A stretch of DNA of 53,107 nucleotides from Verrucomicrobiota bacterium (GTDB taxonomy: Bacteria > Verrucomicrobiota > Verrucomicrobiia > Limisphaerales > SXQI01): positions 1-53,107 of the forward strand of contig JANRLX010000088.1 in assembly GCA_033762115.1 (NCBI GenBank). The letters are read 5' to 3'. Position numbers and translations under genes: made by a program. Each line of letters opens with the position of its first letter. Position 1 is the first letter of the stretch. Below the pieces are notes generated by a model. The model did not search any database. It was not told the origin of the DNA and saw only the letters and a list, made by a program, of their open reading frames with translations. This document shows, in pieces, positions 26,549 through 36,389 of the stretch.

Positions 26549-27769
26549 CTACCCATTTTCTGCCAGGTGGGTTTTAACAACATCATAAAAGCTTTTCAAA
26601 GTGAACGGCTTTTTGATCAGGAGAGGTCGTTCCTCATCTGCTGAAAAGGCACCGCCAAAGCTCGGGTCCGCATCGCCGCTGACCAGAATCACCCGCATCT
26701 CCGGTTCCAAATCCTTGATTGCCTTGTAGAGATCGACGCCGCTCATCCGCGGCATCGTCACATCACTGATCACCAAAGCCCATTCCGGCTGGTAACGTTT
26801 AAAAAACTTCAATCCCTCTTCACCATCCTGGGCGACGTGAATTTCCTTTTGAGTCCTGCTCAGGCAGGTTTTGATCACCTCCCGCACCAGCGGATCATCC
26901 TCCACCAGGAGAATTTTGCTTGCAGTTTTTTTTGAGGCTTCAGCAATGGCGTCTGTCTTGGAACGCGGCATCCTGCTTGTCTCTGGAGGAGACTTTAATT
27001 CCGGCAAATAAATGGTCACCGTCGTTCCCTGGTCCTCCACACTTTCCAGTAACACCTGTCCGCCATGCAACTGCACCACGCTATGGACCAATGTCAGTCC
27101 AAGTCCCGGGGCTTGTGCTACCGCCCGTGTCGTGAAGAATGGTTCAAATGCTCGTTGCAGCACCGATTGCGGCATCCCGAATCCATGATCCTTGAAAACG
27201 ATTTTGCAAACCGACCTGTCACGCACGTTCAACTGCGCCAACTTTTCTTCAGCCAGAGTTTGTCGTGACAATTCGACCTGCAACATGCCGCCCGTGGCCA
27301 GGGCAAAATGGGCATTTTTTAAAAGTGCCTGGATAACCAGGATAATTTGTTGTTCATCTCCGTATGATGAAAACGGCTCAACCTTTGATTCAATCAACAC
27401 CTGCGAATTGGCTGGAAGCTTGTCCCGAAATTCCGCGAGCTGGGTGTGGATCAACTCATCATAAGCGATGAGCTTCGGATTGAACCGTCGCTGCGGACGC
27501 ACCGCCATCAGGATGGTATCGAGGTGCGCTTCACTTTTTCGCGCCGCTCCTTCCATTGTGTTCGCGTAATGTGTCGCAGGCGAGCTCTGGCTCAATTCTT
27601 CCTTGATCAGCGTGACATAGCCTAGCAGAGGCACGAGGAAATTGTTAAAATCATGGGCCAGCCTCCCAACAGTCATTTTTAAGGATTCCAGGCGCTGGTC
27701 ACGTTCCCGCAATGCGGGATCGCTCGCAAAAATTGTCTGGGGACGCCATGAGGCTGAGGAACTGCTCAT
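26549..27769 (-). CDS. Cytoplasmic hybrid histidine kinase/receiver
   Basis: LAHDFNNFL, DHGFGM, FEPFFTT, GLGL; C-terminal receiver ILLVEDD...SDVTMP...KKPF. No TM or sensor domain. Confidence 0.88.
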   Translation of the reverse strand: MSSSSASWRPQTIFASDPALRERDQRLESLKMTVGRLAHDFNNFLVPLLGYVTLIKEELSQSSPATHYANTMEGAARKSEAHLDTILMAVRPQRRFNPKLIAYDELIHTQLAEFRDKLPANSQVLIESKVEPFSSYGDEQQIILVIQALLKNAHFALATGGMLQVELSRQTLAEEKLAQLNVRDRSVCKIVFKDHGFGMPQSVLQRAFEPFFTTRAVAQAPGLGLTLVHSVVQLHGGQVLLESVEDQGTTVTIYLPELKSPPETSRMPRSKTDAIAEASKKTASKILLVEDDPLVREVIKTCLSRTQKEIHVAQDGEEGLKFFKRYQPEWALVISDVTMPRMSGVDLYKAIKDLEPEMRVILVSGDADPSFGGAFSADEERPLLIKKPFTLKSFYDVVKTHLAENG

Positions 27770-27775
27770 CCGTTA

Positions 27776-28144
27776 TTATTTGTAATTCAAGGTTCGATGC
27801 ACCTCCATCAGGAGTTGATCGAGCGGGAGGGTTTTGCTCACGTAACCGGCGGCCCCTTTCTGCTGCGCTTCCTGCAACAGCTCCTCATCAAATCCAATCC
27901 CGGTCATGATGATCACAGGAAGGTTGGGATGAGAGGATTTGATTTGTGCGAGCAATTCCAGGCCATCCGTGTCCGCCAGCAGGACATCCAGCACCACCAG
28001 GTGAACCGGAATTTCCTCAGTAATCCTGATGGCTTCCGATGCGTTGGACGCTGTTGCAACCTCATAATTGTGTTTTCGAAAGTAAGCTTGAAGCAACTCG
28101 CGAACGCTCGCTTCATCGTCGACGATTAAAATCTGCTGCTTCAT
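27776..28144 (-). CDS. Single-domain response regulator
   Basis: ILIVDDE, VVLDVLL, DGLELL, VIIMTG, YVSK. Confidence 0.9.
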   Translation of the reverse strand: MKQQILIVDDEASVRELLQAYFRKHNYEVATASNASEAIRITEEIPVHLVVLDVLLADTDGLELLAQIKSSHPNLPVIIMTGIGFDEELLQEAQQKGAAGYVSKTLPLDQLLMEVHRTLNYK

Positions 28145-28212
28145 TCCGATTTTTTACGGGCATTGCGCCCCGGTTGCAAGCTTCGGCAACTTGATCAGCA
28201 ATCGCATTCTGC

Positions 28213-29613
28213 TTAAAGTGTGATTTTGGAGGCAAGCTCTTCTGCTGGATAAGTCCAGATTTCCGCGAGGGTGGGGTGGTAATGCGGCATCACCGCAAGT
28301 TCATGCACAGTCATCCTTTTCTGCATCGCTGCGACAATTTCATGGATCAGTTCTCCGCCGGATGGGCCCACACAACAGCCACCCAGGATTTCACCGGTTT
28401 TAGGGTCAGCCAGTAACTTCACGAACCCGTGCAGTGCTTCCATGATCATTGACTTCCCATGATCGTTGAACGGATAACTTGCAGCGAGATAAGGAATCTT
28501 TTGCGCGACTGCCTGCTTTTCAGTCAATCCCACTCGGCCAATCTGCGGTTCCGTGAAGACCACGCTGATAAGCAATCGATAATCCATTGCCTTAAGCTTT
28601 TCCGGGTGAGCAATGTTATGCGCTGCAATCTCTCCTTGTTGGATGGCAATATGCACAATCTCATGCATTCCCGTGCAATCGCCCGCACCATAAATATGTG
28701 GGGCTGAGGTTTGCATTGCCGAATTCGTCAGCAACCCGCCATAGGCCAGGCGCACGCCAGCTTTGTCCAATTTTAAACCATGCACGTTCGGGATGCGTCC
28801 CAATGCATATAAAATCTCCTCCGCCGCAATCCGGATCGTCTGCCCTCCATGCTCGAACGTCACGACTTTCAACTCTCCCTCCCGTTCTGCATTCAACAAT
28901 TTCGTCCCAGTGAAAACCGTCATTCCTTCCTTCCTGAAAGCTTCTTCGATCACCATGCCTGCATCGTTGTCCTCCTCCTTCAGGATATGCTCACTTCGTT
29001 GAATCAATGTCACGCTCACTCCCATGCGATTAAAAAATTGAGCAAACTCGACTGCGACCGCGCCGCCTCCCAGCACCACCAATGATTTTGGCAATTTTTC
29101 CAGTGCCAATGCCTCGTCGCTCGTCAAGTAACCCACTTTATCCAGAGCATCGAGCGGTGAAGGGGATATCACCGAACCTGTCGCCAGAATAAATGATTTC
29201 GCACTGATTGTTTTCCCCTCGGTTAACTGAACTCGATTCGGATCGAGAAACTCCGCTTGCGACCGAATTAAATCGAACCTGCCCTTTTCCAATTGTTCCA
29301 CCCTGTAGTTTGCAAATTCCCTGATCAGCCGGTTTTTCCGCTGCATGACCAGTGCAAAGTCCGGTTCCACTCCGCCTGACCTAATTCCAAACGAAATGCT
29401 GTTCTTTGCCAGGTGCAACACTTCGCTTGCGTAAAGCAACGCTTTCGTAGGCATGCATCCACGCAGAATACAAAGACCGCCCAGTTCCTTTGCCCCGTCA
29501 ATTACGACTGTTTTAAGCCCATGACCTGCTGATGTTCGTGCGGCGGCATATCCAGCGCTGCCACCGCCAATAATTGCGACCTCATAATTGAACTGACCGG
29601 GCCCGTTGCTCAT
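28213..29613 (-). CDS. Pyridine nucleotide-disulfide oxidoreductase (dihydrolipoamide dehydrogenase/MerA-like family)
   Basis: IIGGGSAG, GGLCILRGCMPTK, LGGGAVAVE, YGAGD, HYHPTLAE. Start placed at ATG 29613. Confidence 0.9.
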   Translation of the reverse strand: MSNGPGQFNYEVAIIGGGSAGYAAARTSAGHGLKTVVIDGAKELGGLCILRGCMPTKALLYASEVLHLAKNSISFGIRSGGVEPDFALVMQRKNRLIREFANYRVEQLEKGRFDLIRSQAEFLDPNRVQLTEGKTISAKSFILATGSVISPSPLDALDKVGYLTSDEALALEKLPKSLVVLGGGAVAVEFAQFFNRMGVSVTLIQRSEHILKEEDNDAGMVIEEAFRKEGMTVFTGTKLLNAEREGELKVVTFEHGGQTIRIAAEEILYALGRIPNVHGLKLDKAGVRLAYGGLLTNSAMQTSAPHIYGAGDCTGMHEIVHIAIQQGEIAAHNIAHPEKLKAMDYRLLISVVFTEPQIGRVGLTEKQAVAQKIPYLAASYPFNDHGKSMIMEALHGFVKLLADPKTGEILGGCCVGPSGGELIHEIVAAMQKRMTVHELAVMPHYHPTLAEIWTYPAEELASKITL

Positions 29614-29699
29614 CCCGCAAGTGTAGAAGTCCCCTTGGCAAAGCTCAATCGCCTTCACCTCTATTGTGAAGCGGCATTGGCTCACATAGACTCTCCCCA

Positions 29700-30899
29700 A
29701 TGAATAAAGTTGCGACAGTCCTTGTAAAACCTGGTGAAGCGGACCGGCTACTGGCCGGACATCCCTGGCTTTACGATGGCTCTGTTTTACGGGTGATTGC
29801 TGAAGTCAACGATGGTGATGTGGTCCAGGTCAAAGACCATCGCCAGCGCTTCCTGGGAATCGGCGTCTACAATTCCCGTTCCCGCATTCGCGTCCGGCTC
29901 CTTGACCGTGAACGTATTCCGATTGACCAGAATTTCTTTGAGCAACGCATCAGGAGCGCCCTTGAACTCCGCCAGCGTCATATGCCAAAGGCCACCTCAT
30001 TCCGTCTCCTCAACGCGGAGAGTGATTTTTTGAGCGGCCTGATCATCGACAAGTATGAAGATGTTCTGGTGGTTCAAATCTCCTCCCTTGGTATCGACCA
30101 GAGGAAAGCCCAGCTGGTTGCTGCGCTGCTTAAAATTTTAAAACCAAAAGCAATCCTGGAGCGGAATGATATTGGTTCCCGAAAATTCGAAGGCCTGCCG
30201 GAGCGTACCGGGTTCCTGCATGGTGAAAGCCCTGCAGAAATCGTCATTCGCTTGAATGGCATTGAATTGCTCATCAATATTTTTTCCGGTCACAAAACCG
30301 GTTACTACCTGGATCAGCAAACCAATTATCAGGCAGTTTCGGATTATGCCAAAGGAGCGCGCGTATTGGATTGTTTCTGCTTTTTGGGCGGATTCAGCCT
30401 GCACGCGGCGCGTGCTGGTGCTGCTCATGTGCACGGCCTCGATCAAAGTGCCGAGGCAGTTGCTGCCGCTGGAGAGAATGCCAAACGGAATGGTCTCGAT
30501 TCACGGTGCAGCTTCGAAGCGGTGAACGTTTTCGATTGGCTCAAGGCACAGACCACGGTCGGGCCGCATGAGAAAGTCATTCCAAAACATGACCTGATCA
30601 TCCTTGATCCTCCTTCATTCACGAAAAATCGTGCTTCTGTGGGCGATGCATTGCGCGGCTACAAGGAAATCCACCTTCGTGCCTTTAAACTGCTCAGGCC
30701 CGGTGGCACTCTTGCCACTTTTTGCTGTTCCCACCACGTGGATGCCCAGATTTTCCAGCAGGTTATTTTAGAAGCCGCTTTCGATGCGCACAAGGTGTTA
30801 CGCCGCATCAGGACCTATTCTCAATCTCCGGATCACCCCATCATCCCCACTATTCCCGAAACTGAATATCTCAAAGGCTTTGCGTTTGAAATTGCCTGA
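29700..30899 (+). CDS. rlmI: 23S rRNA m5C1962 methyltransferase RlmI-like
   Basis: PUA-like GHPWLY, ESDFLSGLIIDKY, GHKTGYYLDQ, VLDCFCFLGGFS, ILDPPSF, ETEYLKG. Confidence 0.85.
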   Translation: MNKVATVLVKPGEADRLLAGHPWLYDGSVLRVIAEVNDGDVVQVKDHRQRFLGIGVYNSRSRIRVRLLDRERIPIDQNFFEQRIRSALELRQRHMPKATSFRLLNAESDFLSGLIIDKYEDVLVVQISSLGIDQRKAQLVAALLKILKPKAILERNDIGSRKFEGLPERTGFLHGESPAEIVIRLNGIELLINIFSGHKTGYYLDQQTNYQAVSDYAKGARVLDCFCFLGGFSLHAARAGAAHVHGLDQSAEAVAAAGENAKRNGLDSRCSFEAVNVFDWLKAQTTVGPHEKVIPKHDLIILDPPSFTKNRASVGDALRGYKEIHLRAFKLLRPGGTLATFCCSHHVDAQIFQQVILEAAFDAHKVLRRIRTYSQSPDHPIIPTIPETEYLKGFAFEIA

Positions 30900-30918
30900 A
30901 GGCGCCCGCTAACCGTAC

Positions 30919-30952
30919 AAAAAGTAGGCGGCTCTCCAGGGAGAGAGTCGCC
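30919..30952 (-). terminator. Probable terminator for the minus-strand degQ-dnaJ-beta-helix transcript
   Basis: Minus strand GGCGACTCTC-tccctg-GAGAGCCGCC followed by TACTTTTT. Confidence 0.55.
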
Positions 30953-31066
30953 CGATGCGTGTCGGGTAACCAAGCCCGGAAACCCTGTCACGCTATGCCA
31001 AAGTAATTCACTCTTTCCGTTCCACCACCTGACAGAAATTGGAAGTTTGGATCAGGGTTTCCATCA

Positions 31067-32683
31067 TCATTCCGCAGGCAGGGCAGGGGAGAACCCAATC
31101 CTTTCGGAGGTGACTTTTAAAATCTCCTCCCTGGTTTTGAGTTCCTTTACCACATCCCATTTCCCTGCCTGGATCACTCCAAAAAAATTCAATGACGAAC
31201 TGACCGAGGAACTATTGTCGCCCACCAGGATGCATTTTTCTTTTGCTCGATAAAGCCGGTTGTTTCGTAAATCCGCAAACTGTGATCCATCCGTTAATGC
31301 AATCAGGTTGTGGGACAATGCACGGTTTTGCTTCACCCCATCCATCAGGCAATCGGCCACCGTCACAGAATGGCAATTTGAAAAATGAATCACTGCATTT
31401 CCTTTTGAACTCCCGGTCTTGTTCGCTTCGAAATAGGAACTTTTGATCTGGATTGATGAACTGTTTTCAAATCGCACGGTGTCCTCTCCCTCATTGGCTT
31501 CGAAAAAACAGTTGTCAAACGAAACCGCACCAGCTCGCTTCGCATTCACGGCGCGTTGATTGGAACCGAACCGGCAATTTCGCACGCTCAGACCATTGCA
31601 GGAAAAGAGCGCATTTGTCGTCAGCAACAACGCCGTGCGATTGTTGAACAATCGATTCGCTTCCAGCCGGACGTACATATTTCCATCAATCAACATACCC
31701 GTCTCAAAACCGCGCAGGTCCGAATCCTCCACACTAATTTCGGACATCAGGTTCGTCTTGTTCCCTCTGCTCAGAATTCCAATCGAACCTGGCATTTTCG
31801 AATTGTGAGCGATTCGAAGGTTTTTAATCGAACACGCATTCGCTCCCGGAGCAATTTCAAAAAGCGCCTTGTTCGGCTCGATGGGTTCGAAATAAAGGGA
31901 ACTGACAAAATGTTCCCCAAGAATCTCCGTGATTGATGGCAATGGCAGTGTGTCACTGATTTTATACTGACCTGGTGGAACATAAATCGTTGGCGAGAAC
32001 GGCCCCGTTCTGATCGCCAGGGCACGTCGAAAAGCTTTCGTGGAATCTTCCTGCGAACTCGAATCGGCCCCAAACCAGGTCACTGGCACCATATCCGTTC
32101 GCGGGATCAACGGCACTGTGTTCTTTCTCCATCCTGGCGCAAATTTCACCAAGCCTTCCCCGGAGAAAATCTGCTGCAGCCCTGCCTCAATTGATCCAAG
32201 GTTCGTTACAGTCACTCCTTTTTCAATCTGCAATACCGCACCTGCTTCAAAGATCAAACGATTGGTTGCGGCGATAAAGAGCGGTTCTGCAATCCGGTAG
32301 ATCCCTGCTGGCAACAATACAGTCCCATGCTCCCGTAATGCTTCCCCGAGGCGTGAAGATTGATTCTCCGAAGTGCCCCCCCAATACCATCTAAACGAGG
32401 CTGGCGAACTCAAGACTCGCTCCCAAATTCCCGTCAATGAAGCATGACGAAATCGTGTTCCACTGTTTGTGAGAGTAATCGCTTCGCGATAATAAAAAAG
32501 CCCTCCACCCCCATCATTCGCTCCATTTCTGCCGGTCACAAGCACGGCATTCGTTCCTGATAATCGGGTTAAATCGTGCACCGTCTGCACGGTCGCCAAT
32601 TCTCCGTGCAGAGAAGCGTTAATAAGGCAGAGCAGGATCAGCGGGTGGCAAAGAGAGCGGATCGAACAAATCCCGGGTATCAC
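31067..32683 (-). CDS. Secreted right-handed beta-helix protein (pectate lyase 3/tailspike-like glycan depolymerase)
   Basis: Hydrophobic N-terminus; VTGRNGANDGGGGLFYY; VTWFGA...DSTKAFRRAL..IYVPPGQYKISDTL; repeated NCxFExN beta-helix rungs. The GTG start overlaps the dnaJ stop. Confidence 0.75.
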   Translation of the reverse strand: MIPGICSIRSLCHPLILLCLINASLHGELATVQTVHDLTRLSGTNAVLVTGRNGANDGGGGLFYYREAITLTNSGTRFRHASLTGIWERVLSSPASFRWYWGGTSENQSSRLGEALREHGTVLLPAGIYRIAEPLFIAATNRLIFEAGAVLQIEKGVTVTNLGSIEAGLQQIFSGEGLVKFAPGWRKNTVPLIPRTDMVPVTWFGADSSSQEDSTKAFRRALAIRTGPFSPTIYVPPGQYKISDTLPLPSITEILGEHFVSSLYFEPIEPNKALFEIAPGANACSIKNLRIAHNSKMPGSIGILSRGNKTNLMSEISVEDSDLRGFETGMLIDGNMYVRLEANRLFNNRTALLLTTNALFSCNGLSVRNCRFGSNQRAVNAKRAGAVSFDNCFFEANEGEDTVRFENSSSIQIKSSYFEANKTGSSKGNAVIHFSNCHSVTVADCLMDGVKQNRALSHNLIALTDGSQFADLRNNRLYRAKEKCILVGDNSSSVSSSLNFFGVIQAGKWDVVKELKTREEILKVTSERIGFSPALPAE

Positions 32684-33714
32684 TCGCGCGGTTTGAATGA
32701 TGATTGTCGCGCCAATGCTTCCCATGCTGCCTTTTCTGTGTCTGAAATCTTGGAGGGGACCTGGATTTTCACGATCACGATCAGATCTCCCTTCGTTCCT
32801 TCACGATTTTGAAGTCCTCGCCCCCGCACCCGGAGCTTCGCCCCATTTTGCGTGCCCGCAGGTACTTTGATGTCAATTCGGCCATCCAGCGTCGGAATAG
32901 TCACGTTTGCGCCGAGCACCGCCTCCCAGGGGGCCACTTCGACATCGACGAACAACGTGTTTTGCCCCACTCGAAAATCGGGATGCTTCGCTATCCGGAC
33001 ACGCAGATAAAGATCACCTGGCTCAGCCCCTCCGATGCCCGGTTCCCCCTGGCCTGAAACTCGCAACCGCTGTCCCTCCTGCACTCCTGCAGGAATTTTG
33101 ACCTTATAAGTATTGCTGCGCTCCACTGCACCCTCGCCACGACATTCAGGACAAACACGCCCGTTTACCTGTCCTACTCCAAAACAGGTTTGGCACATTA
33201 TTTTTCTTCGCAGGGTGACAGAGCGGATCGACCCTTTGCTGACCTCCTCCAATGTCACCATCAAATCCGCTTCAACATCGCTGCCTCGTTCGGACAGTTC
33301 CTCCTCCTCGAAATCAACTCCACCAGAGCGGCCCTGTGCGCCCCCCATCGACCCAAACACCTGTTCGAAAAAGTCACTGAACCCGGTCCCCCGAAATTCA
33401 AAACCCTCTGGAGCAGAGCGGTACCGGCCTCCCCCGCTGGGCCGAAATCCTTCCCAGCCTGGAGGAGGTCGAAACTCCGCTCCCTGTTTCCAATTTGAGC
33501 CAAGCTGGTCATACTTGCTGCGCTTGGATGGATCTCCCAGCACTTCGTAAGCTTCGTTGATCTCCTTGAACTTATCTTCTGCTTTCGCTTTGTCCTTTGC
33601 CACATCCGGATGGTACTCCCGGGCGAGCTTGCGAAATGCCTTCCGAATTTCATCATCCGAGGCGTTTCTTGAAACGCCCAGGCTTTGGTAATAATCCTTG
33701 TACTGAACTGCCAT
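32680..33714 (-). CDS. DnaJ-class chaperone (CbpA-like)
   Basis: J domain KDYYQSLGV...YHPD...FKEINEAYEVL, G/F region FSDFFEQ, C-terminal VKIPAG/GDLYL. Confidence 0.92.
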   Translation of the reverse strand: MAVQYKDYYQSLGVSRNASDDEIRKAFRKLAREYHPDVAKDKAKAEDKFKEINEAYEVLGDPSKRSKYDQLGSNWKQGAEFRPPPGWEGFRPSGGGRYRSAPEGFEFRGTGFSDFFEQVFGSMGGAQGRSGGVDFEEEELSERGSDVEADLMVTLEEVSKGSIRSVTLRRKIMCQTCFGVGQVNGRVCPECRGEGAVERSNTYKVKIPAGVQEGQRLRVSGQGEPGIGGAEPGDLYLRVRIAKHPDFRVGQNTLFVDVEVAPWEAVLGANVTIPTLDGRIDIKVPAGTQNGAKLRVRGRGLQNREGTKGDLIVIVKIQVPSKISDTEKAAWEALARQSSFKPRE

Positions 33715-33773
33715 GAAGATCAGCTAAATGGTTTTTTCCCATGCCGCAGGTTCCAGTCCTGCCGCCGGAGAAT

Positions 33774-35297
33774 TTATTCTTGTCGTTCCGCTGGAGCGTC
33801 ATCAATCAATAAATACCGAGCCGCCCCGCGGCTGAATACACGGACCAAAGTGCGGGGGCTGGAAACTTTTGTGCTTAGTTCAACCGCCTGCTCCGCATTT
33901 TTCACTGGTTGGCGATTGATTTCCAGGATCACATCACCTGGTCTTAACCCTGCCGCATATGATCCTGAATTTGGTTCCACCTGGGTCACCAGTGCCCCCT
34001 GAATCTGTCTTGGGATATTGAACTGTCGACGGCCCTGAGCGTCCAGGTCAGTCACCTCCACTCCATTCAATGCCTCTGATTCACTTTTTCCGGGAGATTG
34101 CTGCCCGGGAATGGCCGCCAGTTCATCCACAGGCAACTCACCCAATTTCACCTTAAACGTTTCCGTTTTGAATTTTTTCGACCCGGCATTCGTTTCCCGC
34201 AATGCCTTGACTGTCACCGTCGTTCCCGGAGCTGTTTGAGAAACCATCAATCGCAAATGCCGGTTGTCCGTGATTTTTTTTCCATTGACCTCCACGATTA
34301 CATCACCTGCCTTGATTCCTGCTTCTGCTGCGGGCGTCCCCTCTGAAACACCGCCTACCAATGCTCCTGAACCATCAGGCAATCCCATGAATTCGACAAT
34401 CTGCGGGGGCAACGGCTGAATCGCCACTCCCAAATAACCGCGAGTTACTTTCCCAAATTGAATCAACCGTTCCATGACCGAACGGACCATGTTCACTGGC
34501 ACCGCAAAACCAACCCCCTGGTTCCCTCCGGTTCGGCTCAGGATCGCTGTATTGATTCCGACCAGCCTGCCTTCAGCATCAATCAATGCGCCCCCTGAAT
34601 TCCCGGGGTTGATCGAAGCATCGGTCTGAATGAAATCCTCATAATCCATGATCCCCAGGTTCCCCCGGCTGGTGGCGCTCACAATTCCCATGGTTACAGT
34701 TTGGCCCAGCGCAAACGGATTTCCGATTGCCAACACCACATCACCAACTTGTAGATTGTCACTATTGGCAATCGTCACAGCGGGCAACCCGGTGGCTTCC
34801 ACTTTGAGCACTGCCGTGTCTGTCGATGGGTCATTCCCCACCAGCTTGGCATCCAGTTCCCTGCCATCGGTTAATTCCACCTTGATCTCTCCGCCCCCCT
34901 CCACCACATGATTATTTGTCACGATATAACCATCCTCGGAGATGATCACACCAGAACCCAGGCTCTGCTCCCGGCGATTGCGCGGTTGTGGCGTTTCCTC
35001 CTCATCCAGCCCAAAATAACGGCGGAACATCGGATCATTGAAAAACGGGTGCAGGCGCATGTCATTCTGGGGGATTTTTTTGCTGGTCGATATATTCACC
35101 ACGCTTGGCGCCGCCCTTTTGATTACAGGCGCGAAACTGGTCGTGAATTTCCCATCCCGAGCCACTGGTGTGTCCTGAACGGTGATTCGAGGCAGCGGCT
35201 TGTCAGATTTAGCATGGATCGGGACCCATTGTAACGCCATCATCGTTGCCACCGCTCCCACACAAACCCAGGTCAGGTTCAAAAACGTCCTCTTCAT
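33774..35297 (-). CDS. Do/DegP/DegQ-family periplasmic serine endoprotease with two PDZ domains
   Basis: GSGVI, TNNHVV, IQTDASINPGNSGG, RGYLGV. Start at ATG 35297 with GGTGGAG RBS. Confidence 0.93.
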   Translation of the reverse strand: MKRTFLNLTWVCVGAVATMMALQWVPIHAKSDKPLPRITVQDTPVARDGKFTTSFAPVIKRAAPSVVNISTSKKIPQNDMRLHPFFNDPMFRRYFGLDEEETPQPRNRREQSLGSGVIISEDGYIVTNNHVVEGGGEIKVELTDGRELDAKLVGNDPSTDTAVLKVEATGLPAVTIANSDNLQVGDVVLAIGNPFALGQTVTMGIVSATSRGNLGIMDYEDFIQTDASINPGNSGGALIDAEGRLVGINTAILSRTGGNQGVGFAVPVNMVRSVMERLIQFGKVTRGYLGVAIQPLPPQIVEFMGLPDGSGALVGGVSEGTPAAEAGIKAGDVIVEVNGKKITDNRHLRLMVSQTAPGTTVTVKALRETNAGSKKFKTETFKVKLGELPVDELAAIPGQQSPGKSESEALNGVEVTDLDAQGRRQFNIPRQIQGALVTQVEPNSGSYAAGLRPGDVILEINRQPVKNAEQAVELSTKVSSPRTLVRVFSRGAARYLLIDDAPAERQE

Positions 35298-35388
35298 GAT
35301 TGCTCCACCTTGAAATATTGAATGTCCACGTTTCCAGTTACGAACCTGAACATAAAACAAAATCGCCCGGAAGCCAACTGCCCGGGCG

Positions 35389-35416
35389 AAAAAGAAAAGC
35401 TCCCCACCCGGGGAGC
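35389..35416 (-). terminator. Rho-independent terminator after PEP-CTERM gene 1
   Basis: Minus strand GCTCCCC-GGGT-GGGGAGC-TTTTCTTTTT. Confidence 0.8.
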
Positions 35417-35439
35417 CTGATAACAATCTGCTGCGGAAT

Positions 35440-36195
35440 TTATTTCCGGGAGCGTCGGACCATGTGGCCCGCTGCTAATGCCCCAAGAAGAATACCGCCT
35501 GCAAGCGTCGTCGGCTCAGGCACGGGGTTAAGTCGCTCAATCAATGCCCATTCTTCGAATCCCGCGTCGCTTTCGCTGAATGCCGAGTAGAAATAAACAT
35601 TGTCTGTGGCGGCCACTCCAGCAAACAAGCTGGTGGGAATGTAGGCGAACATATCTCCACCCCCACTTCCATGATTTAAACTGGCATCCAAGTCGATCCG
35701 GCTGCTGCTTGCCCCGCCAAGGAATAAATTATCCATATCATAGCGGATAGTCCCGATGGTCGCCAGGCTCTCAGTGGATGGTGCTGCCGTGCTGCCAGTC
35801 CAGATCTGCACCGATTCCAGGCTGATGTATTTTTCCCGATCATTGTTAATTTCATTTAAATCGAGCAAAAACTCGAAATATTCAGTGCCATCCTTGATTA
35901 CCCGGGTGAGATCTCCAAACAAAAGGTCGTGGGTAAAAACTCCTCCTTTTGCATCGAAGGGAGGCTGTGGTCCCGCTGAAGTATTGTAGCCGTGTTCAGT
36001 GCCATTTGCCTGAAGTCTTAAAAAGGGATCAAGAATACCTGTTCCCGTGCTTTGAGGGTTAACTTGTTCAAAAAATGCTGTTCCAACAAAACCGGATGCT
36101 CCCCCCGTGGTGAGATCCAGAACAGTTCCCTGAACCGAAATGCAAGCTGCCAGAAGCCCGCTGAAAACGATGAGTCTTTTTGATGTGTGTTTCAT
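35440..36195 (-). CDS. PEP-CTERM sorting-domain exported protein
   Basis: Signal peptide MKHTSKRL...; C-terminal VPEPTTLAGGILLGALAAGHMVRRSRK; AAGGAGG RBS upstream of ATG 36195. Confidence 0.88.
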   Translation of the reverse strand: MKHTSKRLIVFSGLLAACISVQGTVLDLTTGGASGFVGTAFFEQVNPQSTGTGILDPFLRLQANGTEHGYNTSAGPQPPFDAKGGVFTHDLLFGDLTRVIKDGTEYFEFLLDLNEINNDREKYISLESVQIWTGSTAAPSTESLATIGTIRYDMDNLFLGGASSSRIDLDASLNHGSGGGDMFAYIPTSLFAGVAATDNVYFYSAFSESDAGFEEWALIERLNPVPEPTTLAGGILLGALAAGHMVRRSRK

Positions 36196-36227
36196 ATTGA
36201 TTGGGCCAACCTCCTTGTTTGGCAAAA

Positions 36228-36247
36228 TCCTGTCCGAACGTAGGACA
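36228..36247. promoter_or_regulatory. Palindrome TCCTGTCC-N7-GGACA upstream of PEP-CTERM gene 1
   Basis: ATCCTGTCC gaacgta GGACAGGAT; a matching site lies upstream of gene 2. Confidence 0.55.
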
Positions 36248-36332
36248 GGATATAATATCAATATATCTCCGCAACCGGATTGGACCCTCGGGGCACATCC
36301 CTTAACCTCCGTCAGGAAACGGCATAACCCTC

Positions 36333-36366
36333 AAAAAGAAAAAGGCTCCCTGTTAAAAGGGAGCCT
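36333..36366 (-). terminator. Rho-independent terminator after PEP-CTERM gene 2
   Basis: Minus strand AGGCTCCCT-tttaac-AGGGAGCCT-TTTTCTTTTT. Confidence 0.82.
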
Positions 36367-36389
36367 CAACTAAGCAACGGAACTAGGAA

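Noticed and set aside
28213..29613. Mercuric reductase MerA
   Set aside because: No C-terminal Cys-Cys pair and no mer genes nearby; the HPTLAE motif is dihydrolipoamide-dehydrogenase-like.
36221..36236. Sigma-54 promoter before PEP-CTERM gene 1 (GG-N10-GC)
   Set aside because: The spacing fits, but TGGCAC is absent and the equivalent position before gene 2 lacks the GC.
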